Shown here in pieces: positions 30,597-40,989 of a stretch of DNA of 64,000 nucleotides (positions within the stretch are counted from its first letter, which is position 1; every line of letters begins with the position of its first letter). The DNA is from an uncultured Actinomycetes bacterium (GTDB taxonomy: Bacteria; Actinomycetota; Thermoleophilia; UBA2241): NCBI GenBank assembly GCA_963709345.1, contig CAVPVX010000004.1, forward strand, positions 224,001-288,000, written 5' to 3'. The position numbers and the translations under genes are program-made. The notes under the pieces were generated by a model. That model made no database searches, was not told where the DNA came from, and saw nothing but the letters and a program-made list of their open reading frames with translations.

Positions 30597-30671
30597 TTCA
30601 CGTACGCCGGCTGCCGGAGCCCGACCCCGCAGGCGCCCGGCGAGCGGCGCCCCCGGCCGGCGCCTCCGGGG

Positions 30672-31499
30672 TCAGTTCAGCCCGAAGCGGTGCATGTCCT
30701 GCTCGCCCGCGCCGAAGTAGTGGGCGGTCTCGTGCAGGACAGTGATACGGATCTGCTCGGCGAGCACGTCGTCGTCCGGGACTTCACGTTCGAGGTTGCG
30801 CTGGAAGAGGTGGATGACGCCGATGTCGGGGCCCGGTCCGAGCACCGACTGGTCGGGCATCGCGATGCCGTGGAACAGGCCGAGTGTGCGGGGGTCGAGT
30901 CCTTCGAGCACAAGCGCCTCGGAGGGCTGGTCCTCGACGAAGACGGGGACGTTGCCCAGCCGGCCGAGGATCTCCGGCGGCAACTCGTCGAGGGCTTCGG
31001 CGGCGAGCCGCTCGAACTCCGCCCGCGGCAGTCTCGGCTCGGGCCCGTCGTTCGCCTGGTCGAGGCGCAGCGTCGCCAGCCACTCCTTGACCATCCCTCT
31101 GGTGTCGCCCTTGTCTTCGCAGGCGACGCCGAGCAGATGCCGGGCGTCGGCTTCGTCGAGCGGATCGAGCCGGGGCCCGGCGAGGAGTTCGCGCAGCAGG
31201 CGCGCGGCCTCGCCGGGCTCGTCGTAGTCAAGGTACACCTCCGCCGACCCGAGCCAGGGCTCCGGGTCATCGGGGTCCGACTCGCTCCAGCGCCGGTACG
31301 CGTCGAGTGCCGCCTCCGGCTCCTCCTGCTCGCGCGCGAGCGACGCCTCGAGCTCGATGACCGCCGGGTCGTCGGGCGCCGTCACGCGCGCTCTCTCGAG
31401 CGCTCGCGCGACGGAGCGCACGTCGCCGTCGGCGAGGGCGTCCCACGCGTCTTCGAGCAGTCGTTCCGTCTCCGGGTCGAGCCGGTCGTCGTCATCCAT
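30672..31499 (-). CDS. TPR plus Zincin_1 metallopeptidase family protein
   Basis: TPR-like helices, then ALDELPPEI, LGLFHG, LFQRNLE, ITVLHETAHYFG (HExxH). Confidence 0.85.
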   Translation of the reverse strand: MDDDDRLDPETERLLEDAWDALADGDVRSVARALERARVTAPDDPAVIELEASLAREQEEPEAALDAYRRWSESDPDDPEPWLGSAEVYLDYDEPGEAARLLRELLAGPRLDPLDEADARHLLGVACEDKGDTRGMVKEWLATLRLDQANDGPEPRLPRAEFERLAAEALDELPPEILGRLGNVPVFVEDQPSEALVLEGLDPRTLGLFHGIAMPDQSVLGPGPDIGVIHLFQRNLEREVPDDDVLAEQIRITVLHETAHYFGAGEQDMHRFGLN

Positions 31500-31672
31500 G
31501 CCGCTACTGTACCTCGGCTCGGCCCGGCGGCACACCAGCGCCGCGGCTGGAGCCCGTCGGCGCTGGACGCGGCCGTCGCGGAGGTCCTGATCGTCGTCGC
31601 GACGGCTGACCTGAATGCGGATCCGCTCCCGGCGTGTGGCTCCGGGTCCGAGGCTCTGGTATAAGGACAGGT

Positions 31673-34600
31673 GTGAATCACCCCTCCGCAGGACCCGACC
31701 CGGACGCGTCGCCCGGGCACAGCCGCGCCTTCATCGGCCTGCGTCCTCTCTTTGTCGGTGTCGATCTGGGCAAGGTCACCACCGCGGTGGCCGTGGGCGA
31801 GCTGGGCGACGACGGCGAGCTGCGCGTGCTCCAAACGCACGTGGAGCGCCACCTCGGCGAGCCGCTGCGGCCGTTCCTCGATCTGTACGCATCTCTGGAT
31901 GCGGGCCGGCTCGCGGGCATCGCGGCCACCGGGGTGTACGGCGACCGTCTCGGCGCCCCCGCTCTCGGCGGGATCCCGGAGGAGATCGCGCAGGAACAAG
32001 CCGCCGCCTGGCTCCACCCGGAGGGTCCGCTGAACGTGGTCCGGGTGGGAGGGGGCGGGTACTCGGTGCTGACCAGGGACGCCCGCGGTCGTGCGCGCTA
32101 CGACGCCAACGAACGCTGCTCGGCCGGCACCGGCGAGACCGTCGAGGGCCTTTGCGCGCGGCTCGGCCGCTCGCTGGACGAGGCGGTGGCGCTTGCCGAA
32201 GCGAGCCCGAACGGAGTGACCGTGACGAGCCGTTGCGCCGTGTTCGCGAAGAGCGAGCTCACGCACTTCGCGAATCAGGGAGAACCCCATGGGCGCATCT
32301 TCAAGGGGCTGTTCGCCGGCGTTGCTCGCAACGTCCACAGCCTGTACGACAAGAGCAAGGTGGACGGGCCTGTACTCCTGGTCGGGCACGGGGCACTCAT
32401 CGGCCCGATCGCAGCCGGTGTGGCGGAGCTGAGCGACGCCCCCGTCGAGGTGTCGGAGCACGCCGCCGTGTTCGAGGCTCTCGGTGCGCTGCGGTTGGCG
32501 TCGCGGCAGGGCTCCGAGCCGTGGTCCTCCGCGGCGTGGCGGGACGGCGGGGGCGCAGAGACGCCGGCCGCCGGCAGGCTCGCCGGCTTTCCCGCCGACG
32601 CCGCCGAGCTCGTACGCCCGGTGCGCAGTCGCATCGCCCGCTTGCAGCCGGCGCGCGAGGGGCCGGGCGAGGTCGTCCGGCTCGACTCCGGCGAGGACGC
32701 CGGGGTTCCTTCAGGAGCGCCGGCGGTGCTCGGTCTCGATCTCGGCTCGACGGGGTCCAAGGCCGCGCTCCTCGACCTGGCCTCCGGCTCGGTGCTCGCC
32801 AGTGTCTACCGGCGCACCGAGGGCAACCCCGTCGAGGCGGCGCAAGCCCTGGTCGCCGAGGTGGCGGAGATGGTCCCGAGCCCGGTCGTCGCCGTGGGCT
32901 TCACCGGGTCCGGGCGCGACGCGGCCGCCACCGTCTTTCGCGCCGCATACCCCGGCCGTGCGGCGCGCCTGACCGTGCAGAACGAGATCGTCGCTCACGC
33001 GGTCGCCGCCGCCGCGCTCGACCCGGACGGCGGGCGCAGTCTCTCGATCGTGGAGATAGGTGGTCAGGACGCGAAGTTCATCAACATGGAGAACGGACGC
33101 GTCGTCGACGCCGACATGAATCGCGTCTGCAGCGCCGGCACGGGCTCGTTCCTCGAGGAGCAGGCACTCGCTCACGGCGTCGACGACATCACGGAGTTCG
33201 GCCGTGGCGCGGCGCGCAGCGACGGCCCCCCGGACCTCGGTCAGACGTGCACCGTCTTCGTCGCCGATGTGGCGGCGGAAGCGCTCGGTGACGGATACGA
33301 CCGGGACGACATCTTCGCCGGCCTCCAGTACTCCGTGGTTCGCAACTATCGCAGCCGCGTGATGGGCCAGCGCCGGCTGCTCGACCGGGTGTTCTTCCAG
33401 GGCAAGCCGGCCACCGACCCCGCCTTGGCGCGCACGCTGGCGGCGGTGCTTGAGCGGGAGGTCGTCGTGCCCGCCGACCCGGGCGCGATGGGCGCCGTCG
33501 GTATCGCCGTGCTGGCGGGACGAGCGCTCGCCGAGCCGGATGCGGAGCCGACCGCCGCCTTCGACCTGTCGCGCGTTCTGGAGGCACGCGTCGCCGGGCG
33601 CCGCGAGTTCCAATGCAAGGATCGGGACTGCCGCAATCTGTGTCACCTGGAGCTCGCCGAGATCGACGTCGACGGCGTCCGCGAGAAGATCGTGAGCGGG
33701 GGCCAGTGCCCGAAGTACGACGCGGTCTCTGCGGCGGGCGAGAAGCTGCCCAAAGACGCGCCGAGCCCCTATCGCGAGCGGGAGGTATTGCTGGGCGATC
33801 TGCTGGCGGAGGCGGCTGCGGGCGGCAGTACGCCCGACGGCCCGGCGCCCGCTCCGGGCGGCTCCGGGGGAGACGCGTCTTCTTTCGCGGAAGCGACGTC
33901 CGCCGGCCCGGTCCTCGGTCTGCCCTACGCGCACTACCTGATCGACACGCTTCCCTTCTTCGCCACGCTCTTCGGTCGCCTGGGGCATCGGGTCGAAGTG
34001 TTGCGGCCCGGCCGTGACACGCTGGCCGACGGCGACCGGCGTTGCGCTGCGCCCGGAGCCTGTGCCCCGGTGAAACTGCTGCATGGGCTCGCCGGCGCGG
34101 ACGTTGCCACTCTTGTGGCGCCGATCTTCGTGCACCTTCCCCTGCCTAACGCCGGCTCCCAGACGTACACCTGTCCCATGGCGCAGGGCGCTCCGGACAT
34201 GGCCGCCCGGGCGCTTGTCGCCGAGGGCTCAGCGACCCGCGTGCTCCGGCCGGTGCTCTTCGAGAAGGAGGGTGACGACTTCGGGTCGCCGCGCGCGCGC
34301 CGGGCCCTCGAAGCCGCGGCGCAGGCGCTGGCCGACGCCGCCGGGGGCGCACCGCCGGGAGCAGCCTTCGGCGACGCGTACGAGGCGGCGCTCGACGCCC
34401 AGCGTCGGTTCGAGGTCGGGCTGCGGGAGATCGGCGAACGAGCTGTCGAATGGGCGCGGGCGCACGACTTCCCGGTGGTGATGATCGTCGGCGAGACGCA
34501 CGTGCTCCACGACGCGGTGCTCGACGCCGGGATCCACGAGTTGGTGGCCGGCAACGGCGCCGTGCCACTCCCTGTCGACTGCTACCCGACACCGGCAGAC

Positions 34601-36241
34601 GTGCCCGGGCTGAGCAGGGTCCACTGGGCGAGCGCCGGCCAGGCGCTGCGCGCCACGCTCGCCGGCGTCGCCGCGGGCGGCGTCTACCCCCTCTTGCTGG
34701 GCGCCTACGGGTGTGGCCCCAACTCGATGATCGAGCACCTGTTCACCGATCTCACGGAGGACTGGCCGCACGCCGTCCTCGAGAGTGACGGTCACGGCGG
34801 CAAGGCTGGGTACGTCACGCGCGTGCAGGCATTCCTCCACAGCGTGCGAGGCTGGCGGGACGCGGCCGCGGACGGAGGCGCCGGTGAGACCGCAACCCCC
34901 AGGACTGCGGCGCCTGCCGCGGCCCCCGAACGTCCGGCGGCGCGGGCGACGGCGGACGCCGACTTGCCGGCGCGCCTCGCGCGCCTGGACCGGCGGCTGC
35001 CGCACAGTCTCGACGCAGGGTACGACCGCTTCATCTTCGGCCACGTAGGCGGCGGCCTCGGCCGGCATCTGGCCGCGGCGATGCGCGGCGGCGGCTACGA
35101 CGCCACCTACGTCGGCGAGCCCGACGCCGCCGCCCTCCGCGCCGCCGGAGCCGCGTGCTCGGGCAAGGAGTGCCTGCCCTACCAGCTCATCTGGGGCACC
35201 TTTGCGCGCTTTCTTGAAGAGGAGGCGCCCAGCCTGGACGGCGGCCGCGCCCTCTTCCTGAGCGCCGGCAACGGATTCCAGGCCTGTCGTGCCAACCTCT
35301 TCCCGCTGACCGAACAGATCTCGCTTGACCGCTTGGGTCTCGGCGACAGGGTGGAGGTGGCCGACTTCAGTCTCGTGACGACGAACGTTCGCATGATGCC
35401 GGTCACCTGGGCGGCGCTCGTGGCCGTGGACCTGCTCAACATGCTGCGCTTCCACAGCTACGCGGACGAAGCGCAGCGGGGATCCGCCGACAGACTCTTC
35501 GCCGCCTATTCGGCCCGGCTCGAGCGGCTGCTCGAGGAGCCGCGGCCCGACGCCGGCATCGCCGGCAACGTCACCGCGGCCTTCCGCTTCTGCGGCGAGG
35601 TCGAATCCCTGCTCGCCGACGCGGCGCGGGACTTCGCCGAGGAGCCGCGAGATGCCGCGCGCACCGCCGGCCTGCGCGACGTCTACCTGTGTGGCGATCT
35701 CTACCTGCGCGTCGACGAGTGGGGCAACGACGATCTCCAGCGCAAGCTTGCCGACCACGGCATTCGCGTCATCTTCGAGCCGTACGGCGCCTTCTTCGAG
35801 CTCCTCCAGTTGCGCCAGATCCAGGACGGCGTGCCCTGGCGCAAGCGGCCCGAGAAGGAAGCGACGCTGGCGACGATGCGATACATCGTCCAGCGGCTGA
35901 CCCGCGCGGTTCAGACCCGGCATCCCTGGGTCTTCTGGAACGACATACGCACGGTCGCGCGTGAGAGTCGCCGTCTGCTCGCGCCGTACCCCTTCGGGGA
36001 AAGCATCCCGGCGGTCGGCGGGGCGTTGCTCACCTGGCGAACGCAGCCGGTCGACGGCGTCGTCTCGGTGGCGCCGCGCGGGTGCGGGCCGGCTCTGATC
36101 GCCGAAGCGCAGCTTCGGCGCGAGACCGGCCTGCCGGCCCTGTTCGTCTACAACGACGGCGATCCCATAGATGAGGCCCGGCTCGCCGGTTTCGCCTGGC
36201 GGCTGCGCGCGCGTCCGGCCCGGCGCCGGGCGTCGGAGTAG
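31673..36241 (+). CDS. Large CoA-substrate activase/2-hydroxyacyl-CoA dehydratase-like protein (two BcrAD/BadFG ATPase domains, DUF2229, dehydratase-like domains)
   Basis: GVDLGK, NERCSAGTG, SRCAVFAKSE; GLDLGSTGSK, EIGGQDAK, MNRVCSAGTGSFLEEQ, CTVF; CxxxxCxNxC; CAPVKLLHG, YGCGPNS, ECLPY. Confidence 0.9.
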   Translation: MNHPSAGPDPDASPGHSRAFIGLRPLFVGVDLGKVTTAVAVGELGDDGELRVLQTHVERHLGEPLRPFLDLYASLDAGRLAGIAATGVYGDRLGAPALGGIPEEIAQEQAAAWLHPEGPLNVVRVGGGGYSVLTRDARGRARYDANERCSAGTGETVEGLCARLGRSLDEAVALAEASPNGVTVTSRCAVFAKSELTHFANQGEPHGRIFKGLFAGVARNVHSLYDKSKVDGPVLLVGHGALIGPIAAGVAELSDAPVEVSEHAAVFEALGALRLASRQGSEPWSSAAWRDGGGAETPAAGRLAGFPADAAELVRPVRSRIARLQPAREGPGEVVRLDSGEDAGVPSGAPAVLGLDLGSTGSKAALLDLASGSVLASVYRRTEGNPVEAAQALVAEVAEMVPSPVVAVGFTGSGRDAAATVFRAAYPGRAARLTVQNEIVAHAVAAAALDPDGGRSLSIVEIGGQDAKFINMENGRVVDADMNRVCSAGTGSFLEEQALAHGVDDITEFGRGAARSDGPPDLGQTCTVFVADVAAEALGDGYDRDDIFAGLQYSVVRNYRSRVMGQRRLLDRVFFQGKPATDPALARTLAAVLEREVVVPADPGAMGAVGIAVLAGRALAEPDAEPTAAFDLSRVLEARVAGRREFQCKDRDCRNLCHLELAEIDVDGVREKIVSGGQCPKYDAVSAAGEKLPKDAPSPYREREVLLGDLLAEAAAGGSTPDGPAPAPGGSGGDASSFAEATSAGPVLGLPYAHYLIDTLPFFATLFGRLGHRVEVLRPGRDTLADGDRRCAAPGACAPVKLLHGLAGADVATLVAPIFVHLPLPNAGSQTYTCPMAQGAPDMAARALVAEGSATRVLRPVLFEKEGDDFGSPRARRALEAAAQALADAAGGAPPGAAFGDAYEAALDAQRRFEVGLREIGERAVEWARAHDFPVVMIVGETHVLHDAVLDAGIHELVAGNGAVPLPVDCYPTPADVPGLSRVHWASAGQALRATLAGVAAGGVYPLLLGAYGCGPNSMIEHLFTDLTEDWPHAVLESDGHGGKAGYVTRVQAFLHSVRGWRDAAADGGAGETATPRTAAPAAAPERPAARATADADLPARLARLDRRLPHSLDAGYDRFIFGHVGGGLGRHLAAAMRGGGYDATYVGEPDAAALRAAGAACSGKECLPYQLIWGTFARFLEEEAPSLDGGRALFLSAGNGFQACRANLFPLTEQISLDRLGLGDRVEVADFSLVTTNVRMMPVTWAALVAVDLLNMLRFHSYADEAQRGSADRLFAAYSARLERLLEEPRPDAGIAGNVTAAFRFCGEVESLLADAARDFAEEPRDAARTAGLRDVYLCGDLYLRVDEWGNDDLQRKLADHGIRVIFEPYGAFFELLQLRQIQDGVPWRKRPEKEATLATMRYIVQRLTRAVQTRHPWVFWNDIRTVARESRRLLAPYPFGESIPAVGGALLTWRTQPVDGVVSVAPRGCGPALIAEAQLRRETGLPALFVYNDGDPIDEARLAGFAWRLRARPARRRASE

Positions 36242-36378
36242 GTCGAAGAGATCTTCTCCCGTGCTCGCCACCGCCCACCTTTCCGGCCTGCCCGCGCCCG
36301 GTGTGAGTGGAGGCTCAATCGGGCAGACTCCCGGGTACCGTCGCAGGGGGCGGCGCCAGTCGATCAAAGGGGTGGTTC

Positions 36379-36870
36379 GTGGCTCGCATGCTGATGATCC
36401 TCACGTACGTAACCGGCGCCGTGGGTGTGGCGGTGGCCTTCTACTATTTGGGAGACGACGACAAGGCCGCGCTCACCGCGCTCACCCTTGCGTACGCGGT
36501 CGTCATTGGCCTGTTGAGCTGGTTCCGCCACGTCCTCGCGTGGCGGGAGGACGCCAAGCGCCTGGATGCGGACACGCAGGCGACGCCGTTCTTCCAGTGG
36601 GAGGTGGGCTTCGCCAATGGCGCCTTTGCCGTGGCCGGCCTCATGGCGGTCGTCTTCCACTGGGGAGTCGCCGCCATGGCGGCGGTGGTTCTGGGATACG
36701 CGGTCTATCTGCTGCAGGCGGCGGTCCTGAACGGGCGCCGCTACTTCAGCGGCGAGAGTCGTACGCCGGCGCGACTGTGGGGCAGCTTCGTCGCCAACGC
36801 CGCGCTCTGCATCCTGGTGGGTGTGATCGCCTTCACCGCTCTCGCCAACGCCGGGCTCGGGCCGTTCTGA
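36379..36870 (+). CDS. Membrane protein (DUF6790-like)
   Basis: Several TM segments with the PFFQWEVGFAN motif. Confidence 0.7.
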   Translation: MARMLMILTYVTGAVGVAVAFYYLGDDDKAALTALTLAYAVVIGLLSWFRHVLAWREDAKRLDADTQATPFFQWEVGFANGAFAVAGLMAVVFHWGVAAMAAVVLGYAVYLLQAAVLNGRRYFSGESRTPARLWGSFVANAALCILVGVIAFTALANAGLGPF

Positions 36871-36904
36871 GCCTGGGGTACGGGCAGGCGCGTCCGGCGC
36901 TTGA

Positions 36905-37245
36905 CTAGATAGCCTGTACCGGCCTCTCCCCGCGGAGCCGCTCACCGAGCGCCGACGCGGCGTCTTCCACGGCCGTCGGGCCTTCACATCCCGCGGGCAC
37001 CCGGAAAGCCGCCAAGAGGGCCGCGCCGAGCAGACCGGCTCTCGCGATGGTGAGGAACGAGCCGCGACCACCGAGCGTGTCGAGCGCCCACCCTCCGAGC
37101 GGCGGGCCGAGGGCATAGCCGCCCGTGCACATGAGGGTCCAGAGGCCCATGTAGCGGCCGCGCATGGTCGTCGGGGCCAGACTCGAAGCCAAGGTCGCGG
37201 AGATGGGGATCGGCAGCACGATACCGAAGCTGAGGGTGACGACGC
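36905..37245 (-). pseudogene. C-terminal fragment of an MFS transporter
   Basis: PISATLASSLAPTTMRGRYMGLW...GYALGPPLGGWALD; upstream TM helices are absent. Confidence 0.7.
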
Positions 37246-37538
37246 AGGCCGGCGTCCAGGGCCGGGGGGCGGCGGCGGCGCCCGAGCCTGTCGCAGCGCG
37301 CGCCGCCGACCACCTGCATCGGGAGTGTCGCGACAGACCGCGAAGATCGGTCATGACGCCTGCGATGGACCCTCGCGGCACGGTGCGTCCCCCTCCCGCA
37401 TGCGTGCGCCGACTCATGGTAGCCGCCGCCGGCTTGCCGGGCGACTCCCGCGGCGGGGCAGGCGACGACGGTGGCGGTTCCGTCGACGGCGTGCAGGGAA
37501 GGCTGGCGCCAGAGACGTTCGCACGAGGGAGGCTGAGG

Positions 37539-38471
37539 ATGAGCTACGAAGCACGCGGGGTCGAGCGCGTCGTCGAACCCCAGCCCGTGATGGAGGGCGC
37601 CGGGGTCCGCCTCAAGCGGAGCATCGCGACAGCGGCGCTCGACTACGTCGACCCGTTCCTCCTGTTCGACCACTTCGGCTCCGACGACCCGGACGACTAC
37701 CTGGCCGGCTTTCCATGGCACCCGCACCGCGGCATCGAGACCGTGACCTACATGCTGGCCGGCGAGGTCGATCACCGGGACAGCATCGGCAACGCCGGCA
37801 GGATAGGTCCCGGCGACGTGCAGTGGATGACGGCCGGCGGGGGCATCATGCACGAGGAGATGCCGCGGCCGGGCCCGGACCGGCGCATGGGCGGCTTCCA
37901 GCTCTGGGTGAACCTGCCCGCCGCGCTCAAGATGACCCGGCCGCGGTACCAGGACCTCGCCGCCGCGCAGATCCCTGAGGTCCGGAGGGACGACGGGACC
38001 GTCGTGCGCGTCGTCGCCGGCGCCGTGGACGGCGTGCGCGGCGCGGTGACGGGGATCCACGCCGAGCCCGAGTATCTGGATGTCTCTGTGCCGGCCGGGG
38101 CGGCGTTCGCCCAACCCGTGCCACGCGGGCACGTGGCTCTCGCCTACGCCTTCGAGGGCGAGGGGCGCTTCGGTACGGGCTGCGACCTCGGTCATCGCGG
38201 CGACCTCGATGGGGATCTGCTGATCGCCCCCCGCCTGGCCGTCTTCGGCGACGGCGACGAGGTCCGCGTGGCGGCCGACACCGGCCCGGTGCGGTTTCTG
38301 CTGATCAGCGGGAGGCCTTTGGGAGAGCCGATCGCCCGCTACGGCCCGTTCGTGATGAACACGCGCACGGAGATCGAGACGGCGCTGAAAGACCTGCGCA
38401 GCAACACCTTCGTCTGGCGCGACGACCCGGTGTGGGCGCTCGAGCGAAGCACGCGGCGGGTCGACGGCTGA
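37539..38471 (+). CDS. Pirin family protein
   Basis: EGAGV, DPFLLFDHF, GFPWHPHRGIETVTY, QWMTAGGGIMHEEMP, GFQLWVNLP, YGPFVMNT. Confidence 0.95.
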   Translation: MSYEARGVERVVEPQPVMEGAGVRLKRSIATAALDYVDPFLLFDHFGSDDPDDYLAGFPWHPHRGIETVTYMLAGEVDHRDSIGNAGRIGPGDVQWMTAGGGIMHEEMPRPGPDRRMGGFQLWVNLPAALKMTRPRYQDLAAAQIPEVRRDDGTVVRVVAGAVDGVRGAVTGIHAEPEYLDVSVPAGAAFAQPVPRGHVALAYAFEGEGRFGTGCDLGHRGDLDGDLLIAPRLAVFGDGDEVRVAADTGPVRFLLISGRPLGEPIARYGPFVMNTRTEIETALKDLRSNTFVWRDDPVWALERSTRRVDG

Positions 38472-38549
38472 CGGAGCCGATGAGAGCGCCGCTGCGGCCC
38501 AGGGCCGGAGCCCGGCGAGGCGGTGCCTGTCGCCCGTCGATCCGGCGGC

Positions 38550-38730
38550 GGCGACCGCTCGAGATAGAGGCTCGCGTCGCGCAGGACCAGTTCGGCGACC
38601 ACCGGCCAGTGATCGGACGGCAGGCGGCTGCCGGGACGCGTGTGTCGATGTGTGCGCAGAGCACCCGCCAGTGGGGCGTCACAAGGATGTGGTCCGATGC
38701 GCGTCCCTGCGGCTGCGCAGGCCTGAGTCG
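38550..38730 (-). pseudogene. C-terminal remnant of an endonuclease/exonuclease/phosphatase (EEP) gene
   Basis: DHILVTPHWRVL in one frame, then RLPSDHWPVVAELVL in another (the EEP DxI and SDH motifs). Boundaries approximate. Confidence 0.6.
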
Positions 38731-38759
38731 CGCCTCCTGACGGTCTCCCGCCGCCCGAT

Positions 38760-39191
38760 TCACGTCGGGAAGTGGTCCGTGTACGAGGCCGTCCCGCTCC
38801 GTTCGCTCGGGTTCTCGCCGGCCGGTCGATGCCGGGCGCGGCCCTCGGCAGCCGCCATCACCCTCTCCTCGTCCGGCGTCGGTCTCCCGATCTCGTTGCC
38901 GCTGCGCTCCACGTAGTCCTTGAAGATCACGAGGTCGTGTTCGAGCTGGCCCTCGAGGACATCCTCGGCGGGTCCGCCGGGCTCCGGCGCCAGGCTGAAG
39001 GTCACGGCCGTGAAGCCTGCCGCCGACGGCTCGAAGCTCACGAGTCCGGCGCGCACGGCATCGACACAGGCGAGCTCGTCGCAGGCCAGTCGGCTCGGGC
39101 CGTGATGCGCCCACTCGATGAATCGCGACCACGTCGCGGCCACCACCGACGGCGCTGCCAGGACTTCCATCTGTTTGCTGATGGTGGCCAT
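38760..39191 (-). CDS. Hypothetical protein (degenerate SRPBCC/cyclase-like)
   Basis: MATISKQMEVLAAPSVVAATWSRF...VSFEP...DLVIFKDYVE resembles the termini of SRPBCC proteins. Confidence 0.6.
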   Translation of the reverse strand: MATISKQMEVLAAPSVVAATWSRFIEWAHHGPSRLACDELACVDAVRAGLVSFEPSAAGFTAVTFSLAPEPGGPAEDVLEGQLEHDLVIFKDYVERSGNEIGRPTPDEERVMAAAEGRARHRPAGENPSERSGTASYTDHFPT

Positions 39192-39240
39192 GGAGTCTCC
39201 GTTCCCTGCTTCCTTGTGAGGACATCCGTTCTTCATCTGA

Positions 39241-39267
39241 ATACCCCTAGGGGAATGCCGGGAATCC
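39241..39267 (-). promoter_or_regulatory. SigB/SigF-type general stress promoter
   Basis: Minus strand GGATT-N16-GGGTAT, 50 nt upstream of ATG 39191. Confidence 0.5.
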
Positions 39268-39348
39268 TGCTCGCTGCATCGAGCGGCGGCGGGGCGCCCG
39301 CCGGGCGCCCCGCCGCCGCTCGTGATTCGTCTCGAGACGCGACGAGGC

Positions 39349-39855
39349 CTAGTTCGCCTCCTTCGCCGCCTCCTTGAGATGCTTCTGCAGATCCTTGCTC
39401 TCCATGTCGATCTCGCGCGTGACCTGCTTGCGGGCCTTCTTGAGCGCCTTCTCGACGTACGCCTGCATCGCCGACTCGCCGACCACGATCAGCGCCGCCT
39501 CGCCGTCGTCGATGAACTCGCCGAGTTCCATGACGTCCTTGCGCGACATGCCCTTCCACATGTGGCCGATCACGCCGCCGAGGAGGCCGCCCGCGGCCGC
39601 GCCGACGAGGAGACCTGGCGGGAAGATGATGCCGACCACGGCTCCGACCGCGACGCCCGTCCAGGCGCCGTGCTGGGTCGGCTTCTCATGCTTGTTCACG
39701 TGCACCTTGCCGTGCTCGTCCTTGGTGAGGACGGCGGCGTCGTAGGTGCCGATCATCTTTTCCTTGTGAAGCGCCTTGACGGCCTCGTAATCCTCCTGCG
39801 CGTCTTCAGGCGTGTCGTACGTCGCGATGTACAAGAAGACTGGTTCGTCTGCCAT
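39349..39855 (-). CDS. DUF1269 membrane protein
   Basis: DAAVLTKDEHGKVHV, GAWTGVAVGAVVGIIFPPGLLVGAAAGGLLGG. Confidence 0.85.
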   Translation of the reverse strand: MADEPVFLYIATYDTPEDAQEDYEAVKALHKEKMIGTYDAAVLTKDEHGKVHVNKHEKPTQHGAWTGVAVGAVVGIIFPPGLLVGAAAGGLLGGVIGHMWKGMSRKDVMELGEFIDDGEAALIVVGESAMQAYVEKALKKARKQVTREIDMESKDLQKHLKEAAKEAN

Positions 39856-40027
39856 GCATGACTCCTTTGTCTCCGGGCGGCCGCCGTCCGGCGGCCTCGT
39901 CCCGCTTGCCTGGTAGACCCGACCCTTCCCCTTCGACGATCGACTAACCGTGGCCGCCGTTGGTTTGGCCGCAGCCCATCCCGGCCACCGTACTGCCTGA
40001 GGGGGAGGAGGGACCGTCCGTCAGATC

Positions 40028-40981
40028 ATGAAGCGACCCGACGCTCAGCCGGCAGAGGAGAACACGATCGCGGTCGAAGCGATGCCCGCGCGGGCGCACG
40101 CGCCAGCGTCGGGATCACGCGTGCTGTTCCTCGGGCACGCGTCGACGGTCATCGAGATGGATGGCGTGCGCCTGGTCACCGATCCAGTGCTCCGGCGGCT
40201 CGTGGGCCCGCTCTACCGCCGCGTCCCGCAGCCGCTCAGGGAGCCGATGGTCGACCCCGACGCCATCCTCATCTCCCATCTGCACCTCGACCACTACGAT
40301 CCGCGGTCCTTGCGGCTCTTCCGTCGCGACACGCCGGTGCTGGCGCCGGTGGGCGCCGGGCTGTCACTGCACTGGCGAGGCTTTCGCTGCATCCACGAGG
40401 TCAGCCCCGGAGAACGACTGCGCATCGGCGCCGTCGAGGTGGTCGTGACCGATGCCCGGCATCGCGGCACGCGCCACCCCTTGGCGGCGCGGACGCCGAG
40501 TGTCGGCTACATCGTGACGGGGAGCCGGAGCGTCTACTTCGCCGGTGACACCGGCTTCTTCTCCGGCATCGCCGACGTCTGGCCGGAGCGCCTGGATCTG
40601 GCCATGCTGCCGATCGCCGGCATCGGGCCGCTCATGCCGGAGTTCAAGCACATGAGCCCGCGTCACGCGGTCATGGCCATGGAGTTGCTGCGCCCGCGTC
40701 TCGTGGTGCCGATCCACTGGGGGACCTACCATCTGCCCGGCACCGCCATCATGCGGATGCGCCCGGACTTTCACCGCCGGGCGCCGTACGTGTTCATGGC
40801 GCAGGCCGCGTCGCTCGAGCCGGACGTCCACACAGTGCTGCTCCGGCCAGGCGAGACTCTGCCGCTCGACGCAGTGCTCAGCAGCCACCCCGGACGCGTT
40901 GCCCGCGGCGCGCCCGTTGCGCCGCCGCCGCCGTCGGCGGCGGAGCTCGCCGGCCCCGGCGTCCCCGGCGGCGAGCTCTAG
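40028..40981 (+). CDS. MBL-fold metallo-hydrolase
   Basis: LGHAST, TDPV, ISHLHLDHYD, YFAGDTG, PIHWGT. Confidence 0.9.
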   Translation: MKRPDAQPAEENTIAVEAMPARAHAPASGSRVLFLGHASTVIEMDGVRLVTDPVLRRLVGPLYRRVPQPLREPMVDPDAILISHLHLDHYDPRSLRLFRRDTPVLAPVGAGLSLHWRGFRCIHEVSPGERLRIGAVEVVVTDARHRGTRHPLAARTPSVGYIVTGSRSVYFAGDTGFFSGIADVWPERLDLAMLPIAGIGPLMPEFKHMSPRHAVMAMELLRPRLVVPIHWGTYHLPGTAIMRMRPDFHRRAPYVFMAQAASLEPDVHTVLLRPGETLPLDAVLSSHPGRVARGAPVAPPPPSAAELAGPGVPGGEL

Positions 40982-40989
40982 CAGCGGTT

